Positions 29,055 through 40,500 of a stretch of DNA of 64,000 nt are shown here, piece by piece. The notes under the pieces were generated by a model that searched no databases, was not told where the DNA came from, and saw nothing but the letters and a program-made list of their open reading frames with translations. Position 1 is the stretch's first letter, and each line of letters begins with the position of its first letter. The translations under genes were made by a program, and so were the position numbers. Source of the DNA: an uncultured virus (IMG/VR IMGVR_UViG_3300042526_000595) (lineage: Duplodnaviria > Heunggongvirae > Uroviricota > Caudoviricetes); IMG/VR virus record IMGVR_UViG_3300042526_000595, positions 1 through 64,000 of that record. One strand, 5' to 3'.

Positions 29055-31229
29055 TTATCCTGTTACCGTCCAACCTTTTCCGGTTGCGATACTTCTTGTA
29101 CAAGTTGATGCTCCTGAACATCCTGTTATATTAATTGTTTTTGTTGTTACTGTTGTTAAATCACCAAATAAAGTGTTTAATGCTGCTGCAGATAAATCAG
29201 TGTACGATACGTTTATTTGTGGTGAAGTTCCTGTCCATTGTCCGGCACCTGTATTAAGAAGTCTTAAACCACTTAATTTACTAAAGTTTGTTGCACTGGA
29301 ACCATTAATCGCTAATGCCGAGAAGGGACAACTAAAACTTAACGATGGTAATTTGTTAGATTGAGTAATGGCTGTAGCACCTACTAACGGTGTCGCAGTT
29401 AGACTACCTAATTTATCTAAATTATTTATTGTTGTTAAATTAGGGCATTGGGCAAAAACCGATGTTAATACAGTTAATAGTGATGTTTGAGTTGTTGGTA
29501 ATGTCAATGTTTGTAAATTAACACATTGTAAGAATGCCGATGAAAAGGTTGTTAAAGATGTAGAAACTGTTACTGGCATTGTTATGGAAGTTAATAACCA
29601 ACAACCATTAAAGGTACTAGCAAAAGTTGTACAAGCGTTCATACTAGTTGGCATTGTAACTGAGGTTAGAGATTCACAAGTATTAAAGCAGTTAGTGGCG
29701 GTAGTTACCAAATTCATTGTTGATGGAAAAGTTACACCAGTGAGTGATAAACAATTCTGAAATGTTCCTGATAATGAAGTGGCTGCGGTCATACTAGTCG
29801 GTAGAGTTATTGATTCTAATTTAGTACATCCATTACACATTGATGTCATTAAAGTAATGCTGTTTTGAGTGTTATTTGGAAGAACTATCGTTTTTAAATT
29901 AACACAATCTACAAAAGCACTATTCAAACTAGTTATTGTCCATCCAGATGGTATTGTTATTGATTCAAGAGAAATACAACTATCAAACATTAACACCATT
30001 GTTATTGTTGCACCAACTGTTGTTGGTAAAGTAAGTGATGTTAATCTATAACAATTAACGAAACAACTGGTTAAAACAGTTAAATTCGGCATCGCCGATT
30101 GAAAAGTAACATTTGTTAATGAATAACACCCACTAAAGGCTGTTGACATTGTTGAAGCATTAAAACTTGTCGGAAAAGTTATGTTTTTTAAATTATTACA
30201 TCCCTGAAATGAGGTTGTTCCATTATATACCGCATTACCAGAACAAGTGGGTGGAAAATATACGTTTTGTAAACTGTAACTAGAAGCAAAACAGTTAGTA
30301 ATATCAACAGCTACACTACTCACTGGTGATGGTAATGCTGTGAATTTAACCCACTGCAGTGAGCGACAAGACTCAAATGCGCTCTCTAAACTTGTTAATA
30401 AGTTAATACTAGGTAAGGTAATATTTTTTAAACTATCACAGTTTTGAAATGCTGTTAGTAGGGTTGTACAACTATTCAATGTTGTTGGGAAGGATATTGT
30501 CCTAAGATTTTTACAATTATTAAATGTTAGAGTTAAGTTGGTTATGGTAGTGGCGTTTGATGGTAGTACTATATCTCGTAGATTAGTACAACCATTACAC
30601 ATGCTTGTTAAATTAGTTAATGAATTGGCGGATGTTGGCATCACAATTTTGTATAAACCACCACAATTCATAAACATAGCAGTCATTTGAGTTGTCCAAG
30701 CAACTGAAGAAGGAAGTTTTACATATTCCAATAATTCAAAAGTGGAAACTGAAGTTGTACCACCAGCAGAAGAAAAATAAGTACCGGTTAATTCTGTTGT
30801 ATTACAAGTGTTATCCCCAAAATACACCTCTAACAATCCAACATTATAGTAAACACCACCTCCGGTAACTGTAAAATTAGATAGATGTTTGGTATTAGTT
30901 ATGACACAGGTTGCGTCTCCATATATTCTTATTTTAAATGTGTTATACCCTCTAGAACAAGGTGTACCTCCGGTTGAATAGACATGTTCGGTTGTTACAG
31001 AAGTAGTGGTTGATATTGTATCTACAGTACCATCACCCCAATCTATATAAATATTTCCTGATGTTCTTGTGAATGTTGTTTGAATGGCGAACGCCTTTGC
31101 CCCTGTATCGGCAACTAAAAACTGAACCTCATTTGCGGTGTCAGTAATTGTTATCCAATCAGGTGGTCTTACCCAATCAGAAGGTGTGTCAATTGGTGCT
31201 ATTGAATTTATTGGTACGTTAAAAGCCAT
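29055..31229 (-). CDS. BspA-type LRR virion/adhesion protein with PKD-like N-domain
   Basis: WVRPPDW, IDWGDGT, many FxxCxxLxxITLP repeats, C-terminal IATGKGWTV. Confidence 0.75.
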   Translation of the reverse strand: MAFNVPINSIAPIDTPSDWVRPPDWITITDTANEVQFLVADTGAKAFAIQTTFTRTSGNIYIDWGDGTVDTISTTTSVTTEHVYSTGGTPCSRGYNTFKIRIYGDATCVITNTKHLSNFTVTGGGVYYNVGLLEVYFGDNTCNTTELTGTYFSSAGGTTSVSTFELLEYVKLPSSVAWTTQMTAMFMNCGGLYKIVMPTSANSLTNLTSMCNGCTNLRDIVLPSNATTITNLTLTFNNCKNLRTISFPTTLNSCTTLLTAFQNCDSLKNITLPSINLLTSLESAFESCRSLQWVKFTALPSPVSSVAVDITNCFASSYSLQNVYFPPTCSGNAVYNGTTSFQGCNNLKNITFPTSFNASTMSTAFSGCYSLTNVTFQSAMPNLTVLTSCFVNCYRLTSLTLPTTVGATITMVLMFDSCISLESITIPSGWTITSLNSAFVDCVNLKTIVLPNNTQNSITLMTSMCNGCTKLESITLPTSMTAATSLSGTFQNCLSLTGVTFPSTMNLVTTATNCFNTCESLTSVTMPTSMNACTTFASTFNGCWLLTSITMPVTVSTSLTTFSSAFLQCVNLQTLTLPTTQTSLLTVLTSVFAQCPNLTTINNLDKLGSLTATPLVGATAITQSNKLPSLSFSCPFSALAINGSSATNFSKLSGLRLLNTGAGQWTGTSPQINVSYTDLSAAALNTLFGDLTTVTTKTINITGCSGASTCTRSIATGKGWTVTG

Positions 31230-31306
31230 TTAATTACGTTGTTTGTGTTGTTAATGATTTGTCAGTTATTGTTAAATATTTTTTAATATAAATTATATCG
31301 TTTAAT

Positions 31307-34300
31307 TTAGTCACAAATAGTTAAAATGTTTCCTATAACTCCTAGATTATTAATTGGATAACCACTCGTAATACTTGTTCCGATATTAATGACGTTATTA
31401 CCAACGTCCAATGGGGTAGTTAACGTAATATCGGAGTAAACGGTAATTCCTGGTTCAAAAACTGATGAGAGTGAATAACCTGTATAGATGTTACCACCAC
31501 AATTTGATAAAATAAGTGTAGTTGCTCCCAAATTTGTTGATGTTATTACTATATCTACCGTCATATTCGCGTCAGGCGGAAATTGAGAATAAAATGTTGC
31601 CACTCCTGACGCTACTCCCACATATGGTAATACTTGTGCGTTATACGCTGTTAGATAACTTGCGTTTTGTGGTGTAACAGATACATCACAATTTGCGGTA
31701 ATATTTACATTACTAAATGAATATGTGTAATATCCTGACACTAATGTCCACGATGCTGCGGTTAATGTTTGACCTGTAAGTTTAATTGGTGTTGAACCTC
31801 CACCACCTGAACTTGTTCCGCTAGTACCTGCCATTCCTGATGTTCCGCTAGAACCAGAACCTCCTGCAGTTGTTGTAACTAGTAAACCATTTGAACCAAC
31901 ACAGATTGAACATCCTGATGAACTTGCGAAACTACATACAGATAAGTCATTAACAAATGTTGTGCAAGCTCTATTTGCTGTTATATTACTACCTATGATA
32001 TTGGTACATGTAAAACTTGATGATATAGTGTTATTTCTACCACCAAGTATTGATGAATAAAGTGAACAAGCACTATTACATAAACCACCAGCAATCGTTG
32101 AAGAACTCCCTTGATTAATATTACAATACCCTCCACCAATTGATGAAAAGAAACCTTGAGCATTATTTTTAGACCCCCCACCAATTGTTGAACAAGCACC
32201 TGTTGCGCAGTTTCTATATCCACCACCAATGGTTGATAATCTACCCGAATCACAGCAAACAATTGTTCCGGTTAATAAACCTCCTGTTGAGAATGTTCCT
32301 CCTGATGTGTTGTGTCCAATACCTCCACCAATTGTCACCCCTAAAGAACAATATTCATTTGTTGGTGATTGGATAATATTTCTATGTCCCCCACCTATAG
32401 ATGCCATTCTAGTATTTGTTATATTACAATAACCACCATTAACGCTAATAAACGAACCACATGTGCAGTTACATTTTCCTCCACTAATGACTGAATTACA
32501 ACTTACAGTAGAACCATACGCACCTCTTACTTTATTTTGACTACCACCACCAATAGTTCCAAATATGTTATTACCAAAACTACAATTCAGACATCCACCA
32601 CCAATGAATATATATGATGTTTGACCATAATTTAATTTTCCGCCTACAACAGATGTGTAACAACTAGAAACACAGTTTCTACATCCTCCACCAATAAATG
32701 AACGAGTTCCTGACGATATATTACATTGACCACCAACAATTGTTGAAAAACATGTTGATACGGTATTTCCGCTACCCGCTAATGCCGCTGAGAAACACGA
32801 TGTTGCAGTATTACTGACACCACATCTAATAGTTGAATTAACACCTGTTCCGGTAATGATTATACCACCCCCTCCTGCAGTTGTTGTAACTAGTAAACCA
32901 TTTGAACCAACACAGATTGAACATCCTGATGAACTTGCGAAACTACATACAGATAAATCATTAACAAATGTGGTACATGCTCTGTTTGCGGTTATATTAC
33001 TACCAATAATATTGGTATTTGTAAACGCTGATGATATAGTATTAAGACAACCACCAAGGATTGATGAACAACTACCATTAACGGTATTTCTTGTACCACC
33101 ACCGATAAACGATGTTGTTCCTGATGCTATATTACCTATACCACCACCAATGGTGCTACCACAACCACCGGCAGTATTTCTAATAACAGAAATTGAATAA
33201 GAATCACTTAATACACACATTCCACCTCCACCAATTGTCGAATAATTACCTTTGGCGTAATTTCCTTGACCCCCACCAATTGTTGAGTAAAGTCCACAAG
33301 CAACATTATTACATATTACATAAGAACCTATATTAACTGTGTCTTCTATAACTCGACTTTTACCACCACCAATTGTCGAGCCATTTCCTAACGCTTTATT
33401 TCCACCACCACCACCAATAGTTGAAAAATCCCCTATGGCTTCATTAGTCGTTCTTCTTGTGTATCCATAACCACTGTTAATCCTTATCTCACCACCCCCA
33501 CCAATAGTGCTTAAATATCCAATAGCTTTATTACATCTACCACCACCAATTGTAGATGTATGTCCTGATGCAAAATTTATAATACCACCACCGATTGTTG
33601 AATGATTACCTTTAGCGTAATTTCCACCACCACCACCTATAGTTGATAAACACCCTATGGTTTTATTATTACACATTGTTAAGGTATTTGGTTGATAATC
33701 GTCGACTTGCCAAACAAATACACCACCACCACCAATTGTTGATGTATGTCCTGATGCATAATTTCCTCCACCTCCACCTATGGTTGAGAACTGTCCTGAA
33801 GCTATATTATATTTAACTATATTAGAACAATAAGAGTTTCCTGAACAAGAAAATCTTCCACCACCACCAATTACAGAATAACAACTGGTTATAGTATTTA
33901 AATAACCACCACCAATTGTTGAGTAAGTCGCATTAACACAAAGTTTATTACCATAACCACCCGATATAGTTCCTAGTCCAGATAAAACACGATTACAATA
34001 ACCACCACCAATGAATGACCTACTACCTGAAATTATATTATCAACACCACCACCAATAAATGAGATACTTCCAAACTCACAAATTACATTACCTATACCA
34101 CCAACAATTGATGATGTACTTCCTGATACACTATTAAGAGTACCACCAACAATTGATGAGGCACCTCCTGATACGGTATTATTTTTACCCCCAACAATTG
34201 ATGAACAACTACCACTTAAAGTGATTGTATTTCCACTACCACCTAATGCTGCCGAAAAATTTCCTGATGCGGTATTTCCAACACCACATCTAATAGTTGA

Positions 34301-35929
34301 ATTAACACCTGTTCCTGTAATGATTATACCACCCCCACCTATTGGACTTGTTCCACTTGTTCCAGCAATTCCGTTTGCTCCTGAGGTTCCTGAAGAACCG
34401 CTAGAGCCATAAACAGCTCCAAGAGTTGTTACCACATAAGAATAATACTGTATCCCTTCCGTATACCAAGTAACTGGATGATTACCACTTGATTGGTCAA
34501 CCACATATATTTTAACAATCATTCTATCGGTAGGAAGAATATAAAATGATGTTGGTATTACTAAATCTACATATACTTCAACAGGTAGGACAGAACTAAT
34601 CCAAGGAATTAACACTTGATTAGTTTGTAATGGACTACCACTATATGGTGTTCCTGTAGAATCGGCTAATTGTATTGTACAGAATGTGTCTGTATTAAAT
34701 CCTTGACCTCCCTTTAAGAAATGTAAATGAAATCTTTGTAGTCCAGGTGGAATAACAGTAACATCCAATCCTGACGCATTGGTGATAAATTCTTGAACTA
34801 ATACAGGTGTTGCCCCATTAGTTGTTCTTGTTATTGTTTCTCCGGTTGATGATGTTGGTAATATATCAATCTGTTTATACGATAAAGGTGTTTGGGTTAC
34901 AGATTCATTAAAATAGAATATTTGACCTGATGAAACTCCACTAACACCTGAAGAACCACTAGTACCTGAAGAACCACTAGTGCCTGAAGAACCGCTAGTA
35001 CCTGATGTTCCGTCAATACCGCTAGTACCTGATGAGCCTGATGTTCCATCTATACCGCTAGTACCTGATGAGCCTGATGTTCCTGAAGAACCGCTAGTAC
35101 CTGATGAGCCTGATGTTCCATCTATACCGCTAGTACCTGATGAGCCTGATGTTCCGTCTATACCGCTAGTGCCTGAAGAGCCTGATGTTCCATCTATACC
35201 ATTGGTACCGGATGTCCCACTAGACCCTGAAGAACCACTGGTTCCATCAACTCCGCTAGTTCCTGATGTACCATCAATTCCGGTCGCTTCGATAGATACT
35301 GTCGCCCCATCATTCCTATATAAATCTAAAGTAGATGTTGCTGAAAAATAAGTTCCTCCCGTAACATATACATCTTGTATTGCTGTTGCAAACTTTCTCC
35401 ATCTAGCATTAATTCTAATAACTCCATCAACACCCTCAATTGTTGACCCCGTCCAAGTATCAATAAATAATTGACCTTCTGTTGAGTTATTTTTAACTGT
35501 TGTACCAAAATCAGAAACAACAACAGTGTTACCACCAGGTCCTGAAGCTCCTAAAGCGTCAGACCATAATGTATTATAATTATCTATCGAAAATTGATAT
35601 ACTTGGTCTGTTTCATATACATAAACCAACATACCCAATCTTCTTCTACCTGATGAGATATTATCAGAATTTAATGTTATTGTGTCAAATGAAAATGAAG
35701 AATTAATTCCTTTATAAAATTGAATTGGTATGGTATTACCAGAAAATTCAATATCACCATTATCACCAAAAGGTATTGTGTAAATTAAATCATTTAAGGT
35801 GTAAACCTCCATAAAACCACCCGTATTTAAAACACTAAATGTTGTTCCAAATGTGCTAGTTCTTAATGAAGATTGACTCCCTAAGGCTATTATTGGTGAT
35901 AACGGATTTTTATAATTTAAGTTAGACAT
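31307..35929 (-). CDS. Large tail-fibre-like protein with GTSGSS repeats and Cys-rich SxIGGG beta-helix repeats
   Basis: (GTSGSSGTSGID)n and dozens of SxIGGGxxN units. Confidence 0.75.
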   Translation of the reverse strand: MSNLNYKNPLSPIIALGSQSSLRTSTFGTTFSVLNTGGFMEVYTLNDLIYTIPFGDNGDIEFSGNTIPIQFYKGINSSFSFDTITLNSDNISSGRRRLGMLVYVYETDQVYQFSIDNYNTLWSDALGASGPGGNTVVVSDFGTTVKNNSTEGQLFIDTWTGSTIEGVDGVIRINARWRKFATAIQDVYVTGGTYFSATSTLDLYRNDGATVSIEATGIDGTSGTSGVDGTSGSSGSSGTSGTNGIDGTSGSSGTSGIDGTSGSSGTSGIDGTSGSSGTSGSSGTSGSSGTSGIDGTSGSSGTSGIDGTSGTSGSSGTSGSSGTSGSSGVSGVSSGQIFYFNESVTQTPLSYKQIDILPTSSTGETITRTTNGATPVLVQEFITNASGLDVTVIPPGLQRFHLHFLKGGQGFNTDTFCTIQLADSTGTPYSGSPLQTNQVLIPWISSVLPVEVYVDLVIPTSFYILPTDRMIVKIYVVDQSSGNHPVTWYTEGIQYYSYVVTTLGAVYGSSGSSGTSGANGIAGTSGTSPIGGGGIIITGTGVNSTIRCGVGNTASGNFSAALGGSGNTITLSGSCSSIVGGKNNTVSGGASSIVGGTLNSVSGSTSSIVGGIGNVICEFGSISFIGGGVDNIISGSRSFIGGGYCNRVLSGLGTISGGYGNKLCVNATYSTIGGGYLNTITSCYSVIGGGGRFSCSGNSYCSNIVKYNIASGQFSTIGGGGGNYASGHTSTIGGGGVFVWQVDDYQPNTLTMCNNKTIGCLSTIGGGGGNYAKGNHSTIGGGIINFASGHTSTIGGGRCNKAIGYLSTIGGGGEIRINSGYGYTRRTTNEAIGDFSTIGGGGGNKALGNGSTIGGGKSRVIEDTVNIGSYVICNNVACGLYSTIGGGQGNYAKGNYSTIGGGGMCVLSDSYSISVIRNTAGGCGSTIGGGIGNIASGTTSFIGGGTRNTVNGSCSSILGGCLNTISSAFTNTNIIGSNITANRACTTFVNDLSVCSFASSSGCSICVGSNGLLVTTTAGGGGIIITGTGVNSTIRCGVSNTATSCFSAALAGSGNTVSTCFSTIVGGQCNISSGTRSFIGGGCRNCVSSCYTSVVGGKLNYGQTSYIFIGGGCLNCSFGNNIFGTIGGGSQNKVRGAYGSTVSCNSVISGGKCNCTCGSFISVNGGYCNITNTRMASIGGGHRNIIQSPTNEYCSLGVTIGGGIGHNTSGGTFSTGGLLTGTIVCCDSGRLSTIGGGYRNCATGACSTIGGGSKNNAQGFFSSIGGGYCNINQGSSSTIAGGLCNSACSLYSSILGGRNNTISSSFTCTNIIGSNITANRACTTFVNDLSVCSFASSSGCSICVGSNGLLVTTTAGGSGSSGTSGMAGTSGTSSGGGGSTPIKLTGQTLTAASWTLVSGYYTYSFSNVNITANCDVSVTPQNASYLTAYNAQVLPYVGVASGVATFYSQFPPDANMTVDIVITSTNLGATTLILSNCGGNIYTGYSLSSVFEPGITVYSDITLTTPLDVGNNVINIGTSITSGYPINNLGVIGNILTICD
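31860..32956. repeat. Direct repeat, 86 bp identical (31860-31945 and 32871-32956)
   Basis: Both copies encode LSVCSFASSSGCSICVGSNGLLVTTTAGG. Confidence 0.85.
34940..35280 (-). repeat. Gly/Ser/Thr tandem repeat with 9/18/27-bp periodicity
   Basis: Recurrent ccgctagtacctgatgagcctgatgttcc units. Confidence 0.9.
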
Positions 35930-35946
35930 ATTTTGATAATTATTTG

Positions 35947-36948
35947 TTACGAAGAAACAGTATTTCCTCTGAAATAAATACTTTGGTTATTGTTTAATGC
36001 AAAGATTCTATTTGGAAAAGTTGTGTAAACTTTATATGTTGTTGGTGGAATTGTGCCACCACTATATGTGAAAGTATAAGTGTTAATTGCTCTTTCTGTA
36101 TTCACCGTAACTAATGAATTAGGGTCACCATCACTATTCACATCAATCGCCGTTTGTGTTTCATTATTTGTTAATGAAATTGGTATTATCCAAGTATACC
36201 AAGCCGATACCGGAATTGTCTGTTCAAATACTTCTGTTGTTAAGAAATTGTATCTAACAATTGGATTACCAAAAGTGTCGAATCCACCACTTTGTTGTGG
36301 AACTGATTGTCTAATAACTGACGGGAATAAACCGCTAGTCCAACCACTAAAATCAACATAACGATTCATATCAATGTTGAATTGTGTTTGGTTTTGATTT
36401 GGCTGACTATTATTTGTGAAACCAAAGAAATTAGAACCACCATCAAACATCCATTGACCTATATTAGTTGCTCCCGATATTGGCTCAATAAATAAATGAG
36501 CAAAATAAACAGGTGTTGGTGTTGGTGTTGGTGTTTGAGTCGGAGTTTGAGTTGGTGTTCTTGTTGGTGACGCTCCTGGCGTATGTGTAATTGTTGGTGT
36601 TGGTGTTCTTGTCGGTGTTTGAGATGGAACCGGACAAGGGTCGTAAGTTGGTGTAACCGTTGGTGTTGCTGTGGGTGTTGGAGTTTGAGTTTTTGTGGTT
36701 GTAGGTGTAGGTGTTACCGTAGGTGTTGGCATTGGAACATTTAAAATGTTTGGGCAATCACTATCCAATACTAATATAGTATAAGTTCCATATACACCTC
36801 TAGGTGGTGTTAATAATCCGGGAACAAATAAATAAGGTAACTCTTGATTACCCAAATTAATAACAACAATTTCGTTATAAGGTTTGAATAAAATATTTGC
36901 TACTTCTCCATCGTAATTAACACTTTTTATCGTTATTGATTGTGACAT
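35947..36948 (-). CDS. Putative virion protein with long Pro/Thr linker
   Basis: About 70-aa PTPT region between two globular domains. Confidence 0.7.
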   Translation of the reverse strand: MSQSITIKSVNYDGEVANILFKPYNEIVVINLGNQELPYLFVPGLLTPPRGVYGTYTILVLDSDCPNILNVPMPTPTVTPTPTTTKTQTPTPTATPTVTPTYDPCPVPSQTPTRTPTPTITHTPGASPTRTPTQTPTQTPTPTPTPVYFAHLFIEPISGATNIGQWMFDGGSNFFGFTNNSQPNQNQTQFNIDMNRYVDFSGWTSGLFPSVIRQSVPQQSGGFDTFGNPIVRYNFLTTEVFEQTIPVSAWYTWIIPISLTNNETQTAIDVNSDGDPNSLVTVNTERAINTYTFTYSGGTIPPTTYKVYTTFPNRIFALNNNQSIYFRGNTVSS

Positions 36949-36959
36949 TTATAATATGT

Positions 36960-37538
36960 TTACGAAATTGTACTGATTGTTATTGCAACTCCAGGTGTTA
37001 CGGGTCTATTATATGGGGATGTAATGGATGGAACAGATTTGATAAATACGGTATCATCTGATGATGCAAAAACAAATTCAACATATTGACCAGCAGTTAA
37101 AACATATGAGTATGGTATAAAGGGTAATTGTTCGTTATTGTTATTAAGTAAAACTAACTCACCAGTAGTTCTATCTGCATCAACACCATCAACTCTAGTC
37201 CAAAAATATACCGTTGCGTTTGCTGGAGATAATGTGTTTTTATCCAATTGGAATGACACCCCAAATAAGTATGTTCCATCCTGTAATGCCGTGAATTTTG
37301 AATTATCAACAAGGTCAAACCCCACTTGACCTTCTATGGTATCAACCAATATAACAGTTGGAGTATTTGAACCTGACACTGTTTGACTTATTGTTGATGT
37401 GTATGAAGCATTTGGTTTTGATAAAATTTGAGAGTAGTTAATATGGTAAGTTACACCACTTAATTCCACTGGAGCAACCATATTTGGATTTGGTGTTGAT
37501 AATAATGGTAATTCGCTAATTGTTTTTCCTGTTAACAT
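36960..37538 (-). CDS. Putative fibre-type virion protein (C1q/TNF-like beta sandwich)
   Basis: KTISELP start; DGTYLFGVSFQL; LTAGQYVEF. Confidence 0.55.
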   Translation of the reverse strand: MLTGKTISELPLLSTPNPNMVAPVELSGVTYHINYSQILSKPNASYTSTISQTVSGSNTPTVILVDTIEGQVGFDLVDNSKFTALQDGTYLFGVSFQLDKNTLSPANATVYFWTRVDGVDADRTTGELVLLNNNNEQLPFIPYSYVLTAGQYVEFVFASSDDTVFIKSVPSITSPYNRPVTPGVAITISTIS

Positions 37539-37552
37539 AATTTTGTTTTATT

Positions 37553-37560
37553 TATAAATA
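37553..37560 (-). promoter_or_regulatory. Putative late promoter TATTTATA
   Basis: 14 nt upstream of start 37538. Confidence 0.65.
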
Positions 37561-37569
37561 TTGTTATTT

Positions 37570-40500
37570 TTAATTAAATTTTAAATATTCCTGATTACCT
37601 ACCGATAAATATTCGTTATCGTTAATTAAAAGAACATCATTAATAATTTGTTCGGGGATTGTCGGTGTGGGAGTAGGTGTTTGAGTTATTGTTGGGGTAA
37701 GTGTGATTGTAGGTGTTATTGTAGGGGTTATTGTAGGAGTAGGTGTGGGAGTTGCGGTATATTCAGTGATTTCATATTCAAAATCATCAACTAAACAAAC
37801 ATTAGTATTACAATCCGGACAATCCGGATTAAACATTTTGAAAGTATCTTTTAATAATTTAAAGTTATGTTTTATTTCAGGTGCTGATAATGGTGAAACA
37901 TACATTCTAAATTGAGAGATTCCCCCATCAAAAGTTCCAGCAAAATTCTGTTCTATTAATATATTGGTATTTAAACCTGAAAATGTTGTTCCACTTAAAT
38001 CATTAATTGGAAGACATTCTGGGTCTTGAATATATGGGCCTAATGGAGATGTAGATGAAGAGAATGTTAAATTTTCTCTTAAACCTTGAGTACCTCCACC
38101 CCACGAAACATTAAAGGGAACACCAACTTGTTTTTCTTTATCTGTATTTAATCCCCTTGGGATAATCTCTTCAAAATCCTCAATAGTATAAAATAACTTA
38201 CCATTAATATAAATTTTTAATCTACCTTTTCTGTAGTCTTTATCTAATAACCATTTTTCGTTTAAATTAACTAATTCTATTTGTTCTGGCGTACGACCAT
38301 TTGTATGTGTGTAAGGTATTGTGATTAACGATACCGTATTATTGGCTAATGATTCTAAATATTTTCTTTCTGTAATATCACCAAGTCCCCCGCGATACCA
38401 TAAATCACAAGTGTCTAACCAAGTATATCTTTCCCAAACAGCATTTAACTGAAACCAATGTTCCTCTTCTAAATAAGCTGGATTAATTAATTCACAATCC
38501 GGATATATTCCACCAGGTGAACAATATTCGGTAATGGTATATCCTGTTGTATAAGTGATTCCGGTTGTTTCACAACTACCTGTTGTTTCACATCCTCCGG
38601 TGAATCGTAATACTTTTACACCAATTTGGGGATTCTTTGGGTCACCACAAAGTTTAAATGATAATGCGTTGGACATTGAATCATATAATGGGTCAACCTC
38701 ACAAGTATTTTCTATTGATGTAAATCCTGTGGTAGCACAAGTGTCGCAAGTATCACAAGTGGTACAATTACTACAAGTTGGAGTACATACTGGAGTTGAT
38801 AAACAATTAGATTGGGTGGATGTTAGTGTAGAAGTTGGTATTTCTATTATTACCGCATCATTATTAGCTTGTAAATACTGAATATCTCCATCTGGAGAGC
38901 CAACATCACAAGTCATAAGAGCCGCTGGTATTGTTAGTGTTATTATGTTTCCTGTAATATTATAAAACACAATATCATCTCCAACTGTTCCACCTAAATC
39001 TGTACAAGCAGGTAAACTTATTGTTGTTAAGGATGTACAATTATAGAAAAAACTATCACCCGCACTTATTAATTGAGGTAAATCTATTGTTGTTAGTGAA
39101 TAACAATTTGTAAAACAATAACTACCAGCGTTAATCAACTGAGGTAAATTAATTGTTGTTAATGATACGCAATTAGAAAAAGAATGGTTTCCGGCAGTGG
39201 TTAAATTAGGTAAATCAATTGTTGTGAGTGATGTACAATTACTAAAACATTGATTATCTATCGCAATTAACTTTGGAAAATACATTGATGTTAATGATAA
39301 TAATCCGTAAAAAGCTCCCCCATCAAAATAACCACCTCCTGTTATATCAAGACATTCAGGAAATGAAATTTCGGTAATATTTTCACAATAACTAAATGAA
39401 TCAGTATAGATTGAAGTTACACACCCTACTGAATCAATTACTTTTATAATATTATTATTGGATATAAAAGTATTCTCCTTTATAGTTATATCACTACCAC
39501 CAATTAATCTCACTTCATTCCCAACAATATCAACACTTGTAAATGGATTACCATAAGTAGGTAAATCAAAAAATGTATTCCAATCTATTACTGATGATGC
39601 ATCTCCTACAAGAGCATTAGCATTAGCTATATCATCAAATGTTAATTTTAATGATGATGGTAATTGTGTTGGGGTTGGTGTTGGTGTCGGTGTTTTTGTA
39701 GGTGTTGGTGTTGATGTTGGTATTTCTATTATTGTTACTGTATTGTTTGCTTGTAAGTATTGAATGTCTCCATCAGGTGAACCTACATTACAAGTCATAA
39801 GTGCGGCTGGTATTGTTAGTGTTATTGTCTTACCTATTATATTATAAAATACATTATTATTACCTGTTGTTAATCCTAGATTAGTACATGATGGTAAACT
39901 TACACTTGTTAATGAAGTACATAGAAAAAAACATGAATCCCCTATAGTAATTGCTGATGGTAGGTCAATATTTACTAATACTCCAGACTGTTTAAAACAC
40001 GCAACACCTATGTTTATAGATGATGGTAAATAAACTGTAGTTAATGAATTACAGTAAGAAAAACACCCATTTCCTTTAATACCTACTGTAATAAGATTAG
40101 GTAAACTAACACTAATTAAAGATGTACAAGCAAAAAAACATTCGTCTATAATATAGGCAATACATGAACCACTAAATGATAATATATTATTATTATTTAA
40201 AAATATATCTCTCACGGCAATGTTCTCACCACCTATTAATGTAACTTCATTAATGTTAACAACTACACTTGTAAATTGGGTTGACCAATTTGGTAAATTA
40301 AAAAATAAATTCCAATCCAAAACTGAACTTGAATCACCTACTAATAAATTAGCATTAGTTATATCATCAAAATCAATAACTAAATTACCTGAATATCCAA
40401 TAAATGGTTGATAAGGTGAATTATTAATAATTAAATCATTATCAAATGATAAACGAATAATATCATCATCTAATATAATAGATTCATCAATAGTTAATGT

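Noticed and set aside
34940..35280. CRISPR array
   Set aside because: Repeats are in-frame low-complexity coding units without unique spacers; the same applies to the 66-bp LRR repeats.
34011..35351. Antisense ORFs such as 34011-34412 and 34980-35351, and other short nested ORFs
   Set aside because: Shadows of repetitive or biased coding sequence on the real strand, with no independent motifs or start signals.
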